Below, one piece after another: positions 13,120 through 25,148 of a stretch of 64,000 nucleotides of DNA (within the stretch, counting starts at the first letter, position 1; every line of letters begins with the position of its first letter). The notes below the pieces were generated by a model, which worked only from the letters and a program-made list of their open reading frames with translations, searched no databases and was not told where the DNA came from. Source of the DNA: Octopus sinensis (lineage: Eukaryota); the NCBI RefSeq assembly GCF_006345805.1, contig NC_042998.1, forward strand, positions 178,622,001 to 178,686,000, in the 5' to 3' direction. The position numbers and the translations under genes were made by a program.

Positions 13120-13715
13120 TGCAGAGAGGGGAAAGTCGACTACACTGACCCCAGTATTTGCCTAGTACTAATTTTATTCACCCCAAAAAGGCAAAGTCAA
13201 CCATTGCAGAATTTGAATCCAGAGCATAAAGGGCCAATAAAAATGCTGTTGAGCATTTTGTCTGACATGCTAACAATTCTACCGGCTCACCATCTTTAGT
13301 TTCGAATTTTGGTTCAAGGCCAGAGAATTTTAAGGGAAAGGAGCGAGTCAGTTACATCATCTCCTGCATTTGACCAGTACTTATTTTATGGAGTGAAAGG
13401 AGGAAAGGCAAAGTTAACTTGTTAACTAAAGGATCAGAAGAAATGTTACAAAGCATTTTGTCTAATGTGCTAACAATTTTGCCAGCTCACCACCTTCTTT
13501 CCAATATTGGTTTCAAATTTTAGCACAATGCCAGCAATTTCAAGGGTGTAGGTTAAGTTGATTACATCAAACCCAATGCTCAACTGATACTTATTTTATC
13601 AACCTTGAAAGGATGAAAGGTAAAGTCAACCTCTGCAGAATTTGAACTCAGAATGTAAAGATAGACAAAATTCCACTTAGCATTTTGCCCAGTGTGCTTG
13701 CTGCTCTCTTCCAAT
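13120..13715 (-). mobile_element. Three consecutive SINE family A copies
   Basis: Three diverged head-to-tail copies starting near 13120, 13305 and 13510. Confidence 0.75.
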
Positions 13716-14914
13716 ATTGATATTAAGAGATATTTTGTTTTTCTGTAATCCAGTTTCAAAACCAACTGGGAACAATTTTGCTTTTTATCCTCTTGGGTGA
13801 ATAAAATAAACACCAGTAGATTTTCAAAAAAATGTTTATAATCCACTTTGAGGAAGACAGGCTTTGCACATGACATTTCAGAGCCTCTAAGGAGTGAAGG
13901 AAGAAACTAAGACTAAGAGACTGTTGCAGCAGGAAGTAACATACCAATAAACTGAATTAGCTAACATTGGACAGGAGACTTGGTCTGAATATTTGCAACA
14001 AGAGCTGACTCTTGTATCCTTAAAGTATCCAAGGTGCAGCCGGTGGCCATAAACTAGGAAACAGATTAGGTATCAGACTCAAGTATACTGGCATTCATTC
14101 AATAGTGAATAAAAATAAAGTTACAGGGTGTGGGGAAAAAAAAGCCCAGTTACAATTTAGGCTAGGTAGAAAAGTCAGCAAAAATGTCAAATTTCATTTA
14201 AATACCACAGATAACGGTTAAAGTAATTAATCAAATATTTTAAGTTGCTTATTAACAGACAATACAATGACTTTATACACCATGTTAACACTATATAACA
14301 CCCATTACACATATGTGAAAAACAGCGGGGTGGGGCGTTATTCAATATCTTATACTTGTACTCCATCAGAACTGTGTCCTTGCGTCAAAGTAATAAATCA
14401 TTATTAATTATTCAAAAGCAAAAGAGAAAACAAAAAGCTAAGTAGGCCATTGATACTGTTTCCCTGGAAAATATCATTAATCCTTCCCAACTTCCCCAAA
14501 CTATTATTTCTTGTGAGTTTTTAACGGTAATTAATAAAATTTACGATGGGAAATCAACCTGATGAATATAATTTCCAGAATATTCTTTCTCAGCAGTTAC
14601 CATTTATGCAGTTAATAGACCAGTTTTTAACAAACTTTCACCTCTCTCTTATCTCTTTGATAACTTTCATTCTCACCAACTAGTCTTTCTCTCTTTCCTT
14701 TCCTGCTTTCTCTCTTTTTATTTCAGCCTCTAACGTGTGTGTGTGTGGGGAGGGGGTATGTGTGTAGGGGGTATGTGTGTGTATGTGTGTTTGTGTGTAT
14801 GGAGGTAGATATAGCCGAGTGGTTAAGGGTTTTGTTTTGTAACTATGATGTACCAGGCTTGATCTCCTTGATTGGTATCTATCAGATTGCTGTACGAAGA
14901 TGTGTGTGTGTGAA

Positions 14915-15215
14915 GGTGCATGGCTTAGTGGTTAGGGGGTAATCAGTTCATGACTGTAAGTTCATGAGTTCAATTCCCAGCAGCATGATGTGTCCTTGAG
15001 CAACACTTTATTTCACATTGTTCCAGTCCACTCAGCTGGCAAAAACTACTTACACCTGTAATTCAAAAGGTTAGCTTTGTTACATTCTGTGTCACACTGA
15101 ATCTCCCTAAGAACTATGTTATTGGTACCTGTGTCTGTGGGATGTTCAGCCACTTTCACGAGCAGGCTATTCCCTTGATCGGATCAACTGAAATCCTCAT
15201 AACCAACAGAGTGCC
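14915..15215 (+). mobile_element. tRNA-derived SINE family C
   Basis: tRNA-like head ggcttagtggttag...gagttcaattccc, then gtgtccttgagcaacactttatttcaca core; homologous to 27597, 29560, 31250 and 40774 copies. Confidence 0.7.
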
Positions 15216-15222
15216 ATATGTT

Positions 15223-15262
<40 letters not shown>

Positions 15263-15359
15263 AAATGAAAGAAAGGAACACTTGACACATTTGGTTGGAA
15301 TTACATGCATTTAAGAACAGTTTGACTCAGCAGCACATTACTCAAAGTTTCATGAGTGT

Positions 15360-15530
15360 ATGACATCACCACATCATCAGATTTCAGAAGCAGATGATTT
15401 CCGTGTCTTTGTGCTTCCTCATTGTCAATTGCATTTCTGACTTTCCGTCCATGACCTCTCAGATGACTATTTACTCCCATAGCAAATCTGCATAGTTTGG
15501 AACATAGGTGACAGATGAAAGTTGTAACTA
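15360..15530 (-). mobile_element. RTE-BovB-like LINE C-terminal zinc-finger remnant
   Basis: Minus frame FICHLCSKLCRFAMGVNSHLRGH, a single C2H2 motif like that ending BovB-type ORFs. Confidence 0.5.
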
Positions 15531-15690
15531 ACTGTACACTTCCAACTGATTAAGTTTACATGTATATATACATGTATATATGTGTGTACATATACATATG
15601 TGTGTACATATACATATACACACATGTATATTTACATGTGTGTATATATACATGTATATACTCTTCCAACACCATGAAATTTTCTGTAGA

Positions 15691-15870
15691 TCATCATCAT
15701 CATCATCACCGTTTAACACCCATTTTCCATGGGTCAGACGATTTGACTAAGGTTGAGAAAGCCAGCGGTTGCACCAGGCTCCAATCTGAGCTGGCAATAT
15801 TTCCACAGCTGAATACCCTTCTTAATGCCAACCACTCCAAGAGAGTTGTGGGTGCTTTTTACGTGCCACC
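15691..15870 (-). mobile_element. RTE 3' UTR fragment
   Basis: Shared tail with (cat)n. Confidence 0.8.
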
Positions 15871-16397
15871 GGGAGTCACCATAAAGAGACATCCATACAT
15901 TATTGTATTACGTGATAAATGCTTGTACAACATGAGTACCACTCTCTGAGCATCCGTATTAGTACCTAATGACAGGCCAAAGTGGGATGACCAGTAATCA
16001 CGTGAAACTGCAAGTTTTACATCAGTGTATCCCTTTCCTAGAAAGATACTGTGACAACAGCTAGGGATCTCTCATTCTCAGAGATTTTACTGTACAGTCT
16101 GACACTGACAAAAAGTATCTCTGCTCCCTCACACTCAGATGGATTGTCAACACATGCTAATTAACCCATAGTTTGGGTCTCTGACAAGTGCTACTACTCC
16201 AGGTCAGAGTAGCTATGGGAAGAACAGTGGCTAAAATGTGGTTCCACAATCCTCATAACCTAAGAACTCCCAAACCAGAGCCCCACTACTGGATGCACTT
16301 TAAAGTCATACATGCATACATACATTCATGCATGCATGCATACATAATGTATGTACATATACATACAGATATGTAAATATACATATATACACATATA

Positions 16398-16540
16398 TGA
16401 GTGGGTACTGAAAAGTTCCTGGGTTTGAGTAGAAACAAAATACAGGAGGATCAGGTAGTCATGATCTTATTTAACATATTACCCTCTCAGATTCACAACT
16501 TATTGTAGTTTTTCTATGTTCTGCAAATGAACTTGGAAAG
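16398..16540. mobile_element. Truncated mariner-derived MITE
   Basis: TA followed by TGAGTGGGTACTGAAAAGTTCCTGG, same TIR family as 32290-32496. Confidence 0.6.
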
Positions 16541-16547
16541 TTACATA

Positions 16548-16667
16548 TATATTCTCTGAAGAGGCTGTGGGGCATCCTTGTTAATGTCTCATTTATACCT
16601 GCCTTATATGGCTTATAGGTTAAATGAGGCATACTTGCCCTTACGGCCGAAACAGCTGTCAGATATG
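16548..16667 (+). ncRNA. Type I hammerhead ribozyme
   Basis: Core CTGAAGA (16556-16562); stem II GGCTGTGGGGCA / TGCCCTTACGGCC; GAAA (16649-16652); palindromic stem III C-AGCT-G; GUC cleavage triplet (16658-16660); stem I ATA(T)TCT / AGATAT. Confidence 0.85.
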
Positions 16668-17419
16668 ATATAATTATATATTATATTTTATATTTTATAT
16701 TTCTATTTCCTTGTCTAATTATATTTACAATATATTTTGTATAATGCCTTTGCTGTTATGTAATGGTGTAATAAAGTATTGATTGGATATCATCTGATGG
16801 TTGATGTTTGACTGATTTAAGTATGTTTCTCCATTTTCTAATTTTGTAATATATTTATATATATATATTTACATACATACACACACACACACACATATAT
16901 ATATATACATACATACGTACGTACGTACATACATACACACACACACACACTCACACACACAGAGATATATACTGATAATAAGGAAAATGAAGAATTTAAA
17001 CATTCAGTCTTTCTGCTTGGTTTATTCATAATAATTATCCAACGTGTTTGATCTTATCAATTGCAAATTATTGTATATTTATATGCAGGGATTTATGCTT
17101 AATTTGTGCAATCTGTTCAGGGTGAATAATAATGTCACAGTTCAAGGAGTGATTCTCCCTGTTATTAGTTTGAATCAGGCTTGGTAGTGGTAGTAATAAA
17201 GTATGTTGTTCCATGATGAGTTGCTATTCACAACTGATTGTTTGTGTAAAAATCTGGTAGCACCAGCAGTAGTTTTTTTTTTATGTTGACAAATTTTACT
17301 GGACCGTTGGGAGCGGTTATTTACAGATAGAAATAATGTGGTTAATAAAATGAAGTAGTCAATTGTAATTTTTTTCAATTTAATTACTGTTATTGTTTTA
17401 AAGAGTTGAATGGCTAGAA

Positions 17420-18245
17420 TTACATGGTTCTTGCATTCTATTATTCATATTTTTTAAAAATAAGACGGTTGTGCAAGCAATTAAAACTTCTTTCTTGTCT
17501 AGTATTAACTAATTCATTTTTGAAAGTAAATATTTGGTATAATTCTAGGCATAAATTTAATTTTTTGTCCCCTATTTTGTAAGGTTTTGCAGTGCTAATA
17601 ATTTCCCATTTTAATGAATATTTAATATTTTCCTCTTTCAGTGACAATATAAGTTTACTAAAACATGTTAAAAATTTCCTAGAATTATTTCTAAATGAAC
17701 TTTCGTGATTTACTATTCTTTGTTTTATGAAGTATGAGCTAGGTCTTATATAGTATTATTTATTTGTATCTGTTGTTACTACACAGCTATTGACAGTGAT
17801 TTTATTCTACAATTATTTTAAAATTTGCATTGTGTTCTTGTAGCACAATCACAATTTCTACGTCTTCATTGTTAGATTTTATAATGTTTGTGCTTGTTTT
17901 ATATTTTTGCTGATTATTTTTATTATTATCATAGTTTTCAAAATAGTTGCTGCTCTTTCTATGAATTTGTTTGAAACATTTTCTACTAATTTGTGTGTTA
18001 TACTAAGTGGATGGTTACTGTTTATATATTTGAGGTTTTCATTGGGTTTGTGAAAAGGTCAGTAAGTATTAAACTTTAGATCTAATGTTATATACAAGAA
18101 GTTTACTGCATTGTGTTCTTCTTCAATTGATATGCTAAGTCCTAAGTGTTTGAAGAATTTGAAGAATTTTTTTCTATATTTTTCTATATCTTTATTTGAG
18201 GGGTTATGCAGTGTGAAAAGTGCATTATAAGTGCCTACTGACCTG
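17420..18245 (-). mobile_element. Decayed Penelope-like element (RT thumb to GIY-YIG C-terminus)
   Basis: ORF pieces KYRKKFFKFFKHLGLSISIE..VNFLYITLDL and SLKEENIKYSLKWEIISTAKPYKIGDKKLNLCLE..ELVNTRQE. Confidence 0.8.
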
Positions 18246-18261
18246 TAATCACCCACTACTA

Positions 18262-18526
18262 CAGTAATCCTTTCACTATCATGGGTGTTATGTTCCGAAC
18301 CCCCCCCCCATAGGTGAAAATCCATGAAGTAGAAACAGTACTGTACTGTGTATTTTTTTAATTATTTTTATAATTTGTATATATTTATTCTGGGGCATCC
18401 TGAAGGACAACCTAGATAGATAGATATTTATTCTATTATAAATGCAAAACAACACCACGGAGGAATTGACTTAGGCTTAAATGATAAATTGTGATAGATG
18501 AACCACGATATGGTGAGAGATTACTG
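18262..18526. mobile_element. Tigger/pogo-like MITE
   Basis: TA at 18260-18261 and 18527-18528; imperfect TIRs CAGTAATC... / ...GATTACTG. Confidence 0.7.
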
Positions 18527-18599
18527 TATTTCCATCACAATTTAAATAGAACTACCAACACTGAAATCTATTTAAAATAATACATGACTATAAGGAATG

Positions 18600-19335
18600 T
18601 AGAATAATTCAAAGGAAAAGTGTTCCATAAATAACCACTCCCAAATGGTCCAGTAAAATTTGTACTACATGGAAGTCCTCCAATGTGAAGGTGTTCGGGA
18701 TCCTTGTCACCACCTCCATCATCTTCAAAACAACTGCCTCTGAAGTTCTCCTTCAGTTTGGGGGAACAACCAAAAGTCACAGGGAGCAAGATTTGGAATG
18801 CAGCAAGGGTGAGAGACAGTTTTGATGTCCAATAGACTGTTACCATTACTGAGCACCATGGGAACAAATTTTGCATGAATTTTGCTCATGTTCAGATCTT
18901 CATGGATAATCCTGTGTACAGTTGCCACACCAATGCCAAACTGAACGCTTACTGTCTTTATAGAGTCACAATTGTCTCCACCCAGAAAACTGTGAATTTT
19001 CTCAACCAGCTCTGATGTTCTGATGTCTCTCTCCTCCCACATCTTTCATTTCCTCTCTACTGCTTTTGAACCTCTTGTGCCAGCAAGAAAGTTAATCCAT
19101 AAGCAGTCTGGAGAATTTCATATGTTTCTGTAGTATTTTTGCCCAGTTTAACACAAAACTTTTTACTTAGCTGTAACAAGCAGTGGTGTTTAGTAGGGTG
19201 TGTTCAAGGTTCTGTTACAACCATCTCCTTTAGTCTGGAACAACAAAAGTTGGTAAGTCAGTTTATTAGATGTTTAATTCATGATAAACTAAAATTACAA
19301 AAATCTAGGACAGTTATAACTGCCTCTCCTTGAAA
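18600..19335 (-). mobile_element. Internally deleted mariner transposon remnant
   Basis: FCVKLGKNTTETYEIL, VATVHRIIHEDLNMSKIHAKFVP, NLAPCDFWLFP. Confidence 0.8.
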
Positions 19336-19584
19336 AAAGCTTCAAAATTTCTGGAATGCATCCTGTGAGTCTCATTAAATTTCTCCAAGACAAGACTATT
19401 GACGACTTCATATAAATATTTTTTTCTATCTGAAATCAGAGGTACAAATGAAAGTGAAATGCCCAGATTTGGAGCTTACCACCATTTTTCAACAGTCCAA
19501 GGGAGTTTTTATGTGGTCTTTTGATCTGCCAAAAATAGCAGTTAAATTTGCTCATATAACATTTGCCATCTTTGATAAAGGACA

Positions 19585-19779
19585 TGTAGCAGAATGTGAT
19601 ACTGAGGTAGCTGAGTAGTTGTGAGAAGTAGCAAATGATGTTAGGCATGTTGGACTGATATCAATGAAAAACAATGAAGAGGAAAGGAATGTGGTTTACA
19701 TCATTTATTTGGCCATAGTGGTATTCACTTGTTTGATAATTGAAGCTTGATTTAAAATATGAACAAATAGGCTGCTATA
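19585..19779 (+). mobile_element. Putative 5' LTR of a gypsy-type retrotransposon
   Basis: Begins TGTAGCAG and ends CTGCTATA (inverted termini, one mismatch from CTGCTACA); followed 2 nt later by a PBS-like site. Confidence 0.6.
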
Positions 19780-19781
19780 TT

Positions 19782-19794
19782 TGGTGACTCCAAC
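19782..19794 (+). promoter_or_regulatory. Primer-binding-site-like sequence (tRNA-Trp type)
   Basis: TGGTGACTCCAAC differs at two positions from TGGTGACCCCGAC, complementary to the tRNA-Trp 3' end as I recall it; lies between LTR and gag. Confidence 0.5.
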
Positions 19795-19925
19795 AAAAAA
19801 GAACAGCCTTCACTTCAAGCATCATTACACCTGAACTGGAGAATTGCAGCTTCAATTGATCAGTCATCACACTACTTATGTATCTACTGGAACACAACAC
19901 ATTGAAAAACTCATCCTTGGTCGAC

Positions 19926-20520
19926 ATGGCATTCCAGGCAGTGATTGCATTGAAGGTTCCACCATTCTGGATGCATGATCCCGTATTGTGGTTTTATCAC
20001 ATTGAGGCCCAGTTTTCTTCGAACCAGATTGTTAGTGATGTGGCTCATCTAATACATGCGGCCGGATCACTATCACCAGAGATTATGAATGTGGTCTGGG
20101 ATCTGATTTTGGCACCACCCAGTTCTGTGTCATACAGCTCCTTATATCAGAGGAATTGGTGGCGAGCTGGCAGACATGTTAGCGCCCCGGGCGAAATGCT
20201 TAGCGATATTTCGTCTGTCGCTACGTTCTGAGTTCAAATTCTGCCGAGTTTGCCTCCCATCCTTTCATGGCCGATAAATAAAGTACCAGTTTCGCACTGG
20301 GGTCGATGTAATCGACTTAATCCCTTTGTCTGTCCTTGTTTGTCCCCTCTATGTTTAGCCCCTTGTGGGCAATGAAGAAATATATATCAGAGGAATTAGG
20401 AGACAGTGAGCCAATAGAAACTAGAGAGATAGCCATGGACCCAACAGAGAAAATCCGGCAGAGAGGCAACACAGCAGCAGTGATGGGTGAATGCACAACC
20501 AGATACAAAGTATGTATTTG
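19926..20520 (+). pseudogene. Gypsy-type gag remnant interrupted by a SINE
   Basis: ALKVPPFWMHDPVLWFYHIEAQF...GSLSPEIMNVVWDLILAPP resembles the KLPPFW..P.LWF...EAQF gag N-terminus; EELGDSEP continues after the SINE. Confidence 0.75.
20158..20382 (+). mobile_element. SINE family A, long-tail variant, with 15-bp TSD
   Basis: TSD tatatcagaggaatt at 20143-20157 and 20383-20397. Confidence 0.9.
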
Positions 20521-21432
20521 CACTGTCTTGCCCTGTCAACGTTCTCTCAATGCTCTTACTTTCTCTGTTTTAATTCGCACATTTCTTGGAGTACACAACT
20601 TCACTGACACAAAGTAGTTAGCTACAGACAGATTAGACATGTCGTTCTTGTTATTCAAAACAATTGAACGGTCATAGAAGGTAATACTTTGAGTCATAGG
20701 TCTGCTCATTCAGAGCTGATCTGGAACAAAACAAGTCTCCCAGCACATGCATGCACATACACACATACATAGACACACACATGCATGCACAGGCACACAA
20801 ACGCACACACATCACACATATGCATGCATTTGTGCATGCACACACACACACATGCATGAGTATATAAATAGAGCTGCATAGGATATAACTCCTTAGAATT
20901 AAAAACTGAATAAGCAGATCTGCTATCAAAGCAGTCCAACCATGACCATCCTCTTCTTTTACTATATCTAGGATTACATTGTCCAGTGTGTCTTTAGTAT
21001 TTCTCTTTTTCTTTTCTAAGACAATACAGTGTGATCTGAGGGAAATTTGGTTGCTACTTCTTGCAGGTCAAATGACTCAAGAAAGACATTTTGTAATGTC
21101 TAATGTCTATTTAAAAACAGTGTAAAACAGAAAGACAGCACAGTGCAAAGATAGATCAGAGAATGAAGATTTAATGAGGAATGATTACTGATTTTAAATG
21201 GAAGATGTTTTTCTTTTGAACACAGTCGAGTGGTACATTATTGAAAGAGCAAGGTGTGCCATCCCAGATATGAAAGCATTACATTATTATCCTGTATACT
21301 TTGACCTTTTTATAATAATGCTCTGTTCCTCAAATTAATCTTTTGTAGAATCCTACCAAATCATACTAGATAAGTAAATAGTGCTACACTTCCTTGTCAT
21401 TGTCGTCGTCATCATCATCATTATCATTATTA

Positions 21433-21872
21433 AGGCAGTGAACTGGCGGAATCGTTAGCATGCTGGGCAAAATGCTTAGCGGTATTTTGTCTGTTTTTAC
21501 ATTCTGAGTTCAAATTCCACCAAGATCAATTTTGTCTTTTATCCTTTTGGGGCTAATAATTTAAGTACCAGTGAAGCACTGGAGTGAATGTAATTGACTA
21601 GCTCTCTCCCCACAAATTTCAGGCCTTATACCTTTAATAGAAAGGATTATTATTATTCTTTTCTAATTTAGGCACAAGACACGAAATTTTTGAGGAGGGG
21701 AGAGGGAGTCGATTAGATCGACTCCAGTATGCAACTGGTACTTAATTTATCGACTCCGAAAGGATGAAAGGCAAGTTGACTTTGACAGCATTTGAACTCA
21801 GAACGAAAGACAGACAAAATACCGTTAAGCATTTCGCGCAACATGCTAACATTTCTGCCAGCTCACCACTTT
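21433..21872. mobile_element. Tail-to-tail inverted pair of SINE family A copies
   Basis: Plus copy about 21433-21656 and minus copy about 21659-21872. Confidence 0.85.
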
Positions 21873-23711
21873 AGGATTATTATTATCATAATTATTATGC
21901 ATCCATGTTCCTTACTGGCATGGGTTGGAAAATGTAGTTTAGCCCCTGGTCAGCCCTGATCAAACAAGTATTTTAGCTGTGACTGTTTTTTTTTTTTTTA
22001 CATCCTGGAAATCATGGCTCCACCAGTTGAATTTCCTCGACAAATAATCTGGGAAACGCTGATGAATGTAATAAATCATTATTACTTCCTGTCTGGGTTC
22101 ATTATGGTATATTTTGTTTGAAGGCTGACAGCCAGTCAGTCATTTGCAATAAAGCAAAAATGGACACGTTTACACTTGATGTTCGATTATGGAAACTGAA
22201 TGTTTTAGACAAATAAAATTTGATTCTCAGCAACTGTTTTCATCCCAACACAGTGTTTCTAGGACCTCATTATCCAATGCTTCCTTAGTCTTTTAAGACA
22301 GTAGTATTTGTGATGTGATTTCAAGAAGATTTGACTGCTATTTCTACCATGCCAAACAACTATACATCAAAGTATCTAAATTGCCTTTCTTTGTTTTGCA
22401 TTTTTATGTAGCAGATTTCATTTCCTTTGCTTAGCATATTGAATGAGAGGTAGGATGCACTATTAATATAAAATAAACTGCTAATAAAATGCAATTTCAA
22501 AAAACAAAGAAATTCCAAAAAACAAAAGATATATTTTAAATCAATAATCATAGACAACAAATTTGGAATTTTTAGCTTTAGTAGTTTTTGCGATATTAAA
22601 GTAAACAATCAATTATTTGATTACAAATAACAAAAACAACAATAAAACCCCAATTTTTCAGTGCTTGGATATATTAGATGAAGTGGGGTGATGGTAGTGA
22701 TGTACAAAATTGATAATAAAGCAAATCTGAACTGGAAAGCCAAATGTTTGATCTAATTTCAGGCTGGGTCAGAAGGTTCATTGAATCATTAAATGCCTAA
22801 TGATTTCAGAGTATCTAGTATCGTGCAGTTAGAATAAGATGGAAAAGGAGTATTTGAGCTCTAAGGAAAATACTGTTGATGAATGGATGTAGCTATTTGT
22901 ACTTATGTGTTTCTGTGGGGTGGTCAACAGTGGGTAGCATAGCCATGTGGTCAAGAAGTTAATTTCACAACTATGAGGTTCCAAGTTTGATTCTTTGGGC
23001 AGGTGTTATCTACCATAGCCTAGTGTTGACTAACACTGTATGAATGCAATTTGTAGATGGAAACTGAATGGAAGTTGATCATATGTATTATCATCATTGT
23101 CATCGTCACCATCTTTTTAACATCCACCTTTCCATGCTTGCATGGATCAGACAGAATTTGCTGAGACAGATGCTCCTCCTTTCACCAACCCTTACCTGTT
23201 TCCAAAAGAGGAGCTATGACAACCTCCTTAATTCCTCACTCTGGATTAGTTCATTTTTATCCGTCTTGAGAGGCTGAAAGATATAGGTCACCTCAGAACA
23301 AAAACTGCAAAGCATTCCATCCAATGCTCCAAACTTGTAATTCCCCTTGTACATTGATGCATATATATTCAACAAAACTGTCATAAACTAGAAACCCTTA
23401 TAAATATTGCTCTGGCAAGAATCAGAACCACATTGAAGGAGTACAGTATCAATGTATGAAATAAAATGGCAACAAAACTACCATAAACCAAGGAACAAAG
23501 AATCTTTAACAAGTTCACTTCAACAAGAATGAAGGATAATTTAGAATAAGATCACAGGATATAAAAGATTCACAGACAACAAGCATATCAAGCCAAGTGG
23601 ATATCATAATGGTTTTGACACCAGGGTAGTACCAGTCAAGTCAGTGGTGTTAACAGTATAAAAAGCATAAACACTGTCTGGCAATTAATTGACAAGGAAA
23701 AGGTGTGAAAC

Positions 23712-23777
<66 letters not shown>

Positions 23778-23778
<1 letters not shown>

Positions 23779-24062
23779 TTACCAACGTCGCCTTACTGGC
23801 ACCTGTGCTGGTGGCATGTGTAAAAAGATTCGAGCAAGGTCGTTGCCAACACCGCCTGACTGGCCCTTGTGCTGGTGGCACGTAAAAAGCACCCACTACA
23901 CTCTCGAAGTGGTTGGCATTAGGAAAGGCATCCAGCTGTAGAAACTCTGCCAAATCAAGATTGGAGCCTGGTGCAGCCATCTGGTTTGCCAGCCCTCAGT
24001 CAAAATCGTCCAACCCATGCTAGCATGGAAAGCGGATGTTAAACGATGATGATGATGATGAT
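23778..24062 (+). mobile_element. RTE 3' UTR fragment with two repeat units and (GAT)n tail
   Basis: Shared tail; flanked by (TA)n on both sides. Confidence 0.85.
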
Positions 24063-24357
24063 GATATATATATATATAAATATAAATGGAACAAAAATGC
24101 AATAGAGGGCATTAAAATGTTCAGACACATAGATGATACAAAGGCCAACAAGAGAAACACCAATTAGAAGGACAGGCAAAAAAAAAGACGGGTCATTCTC
24201 GGCAAGTCCCAGAAGTCACAACTATTTTGGGCAGTTACACTTGAGATGGTTTGATCTGGTTGCCCCCAAAAAAGTCTAGCATTAGACTCCTTTGTAAGAA
24301 AGCCAGCAAATGTGTACAGCAAAAAAGACAAAAAACAAACAAACAAACACAAAAAAC

Positions 24358-25148
24358 GTTCAAAGTGGACTAAACCTTTCACATCCCACCAAACAGATAA
24401 CAACGTCTTATGTGGGTGAAGACCTTCTTTAGCCTGGAGTGCTGGTGTTTCTCCTTTCCCTACCAACTGTCTTCAGCACATGACATTTTTATAGAGAACC
24501 CATTTCCCGACACCAGTCACTATTCAGTTCAAAAAAGGTTCATTCATTAGACATGACAGCAAAGAAGAGCACACATTCACCCTTTGTACATGATTAGACT
24601 GAGAAAGTTTGTGTAGAACCCATTGACCCAATTTGCTGACATTTCTGATGGCACACAAGTGTCAATGAATGGTTGAATGACCAAATCCAAGCTTCTCTGC
24701 TAGTTCCTCAAGTTACGATGGGATTTTGTTCCACCAAGGTTTGCAGGACATCCTCATTGAGCTCTACAGATTTTCAGGATGAGGCTGGTCTTCTTGGTTG
24801 TAGTTTCTGGCTTGGAATTTCTGGAACCACTGTGACACTGGCTTACACTTATTGTCCAATTCCTATATACTTCATTGATATTCCTCACATTTTCTGTTGC
24901 ATTGTTGCCTTTATTGAACTCATAAAGCAAAATATGCTGAATATGCTCCTTTGTCACTTTCATTATAGCTTTGAAAAAATATCTGTTAAAATCGAACTGC
25001 TCTCTTCAAAACTTGCTCTGAGAATAAGGACAAGGTAAAATTACTACCGGCTTTTATAGCAAGTTGATGCAGTTAGTTTATCCCATCCCCCTCCAACTTT
25101 TAGTTCACGCAATTGAAAAAAAAATGCATCATTTATGAGATGACCCAA
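24358..25148 (-). mobile_element. 3'-truncated mariner element
   Basis: TIR ...atttatgagatgacccaa|TA; MKVTKEHIQHILLYEFNKGNNATE and LSVWWDVKGLVHFE; same family as 35791-37101. Confidence 0.85.

Noticed and set aside
19171-19252. AG...GTAAGT-bounded segment with one open frame
   Set aside because: Appears to lie antisense within the 5' region of the mariner remnant.
20158-20260. tRNA-like sequences in SINE heads
   Set aside because: They carry B-box-like motifs but no full cloverleaf and are fused to SINE bodies, so are not tRNA genes.
22050-22135. C/D-box snoRNA-like TGATGA...CTGA
   Set aside because: No convincing terminal stem or recognisable rRNA-complementary guide.
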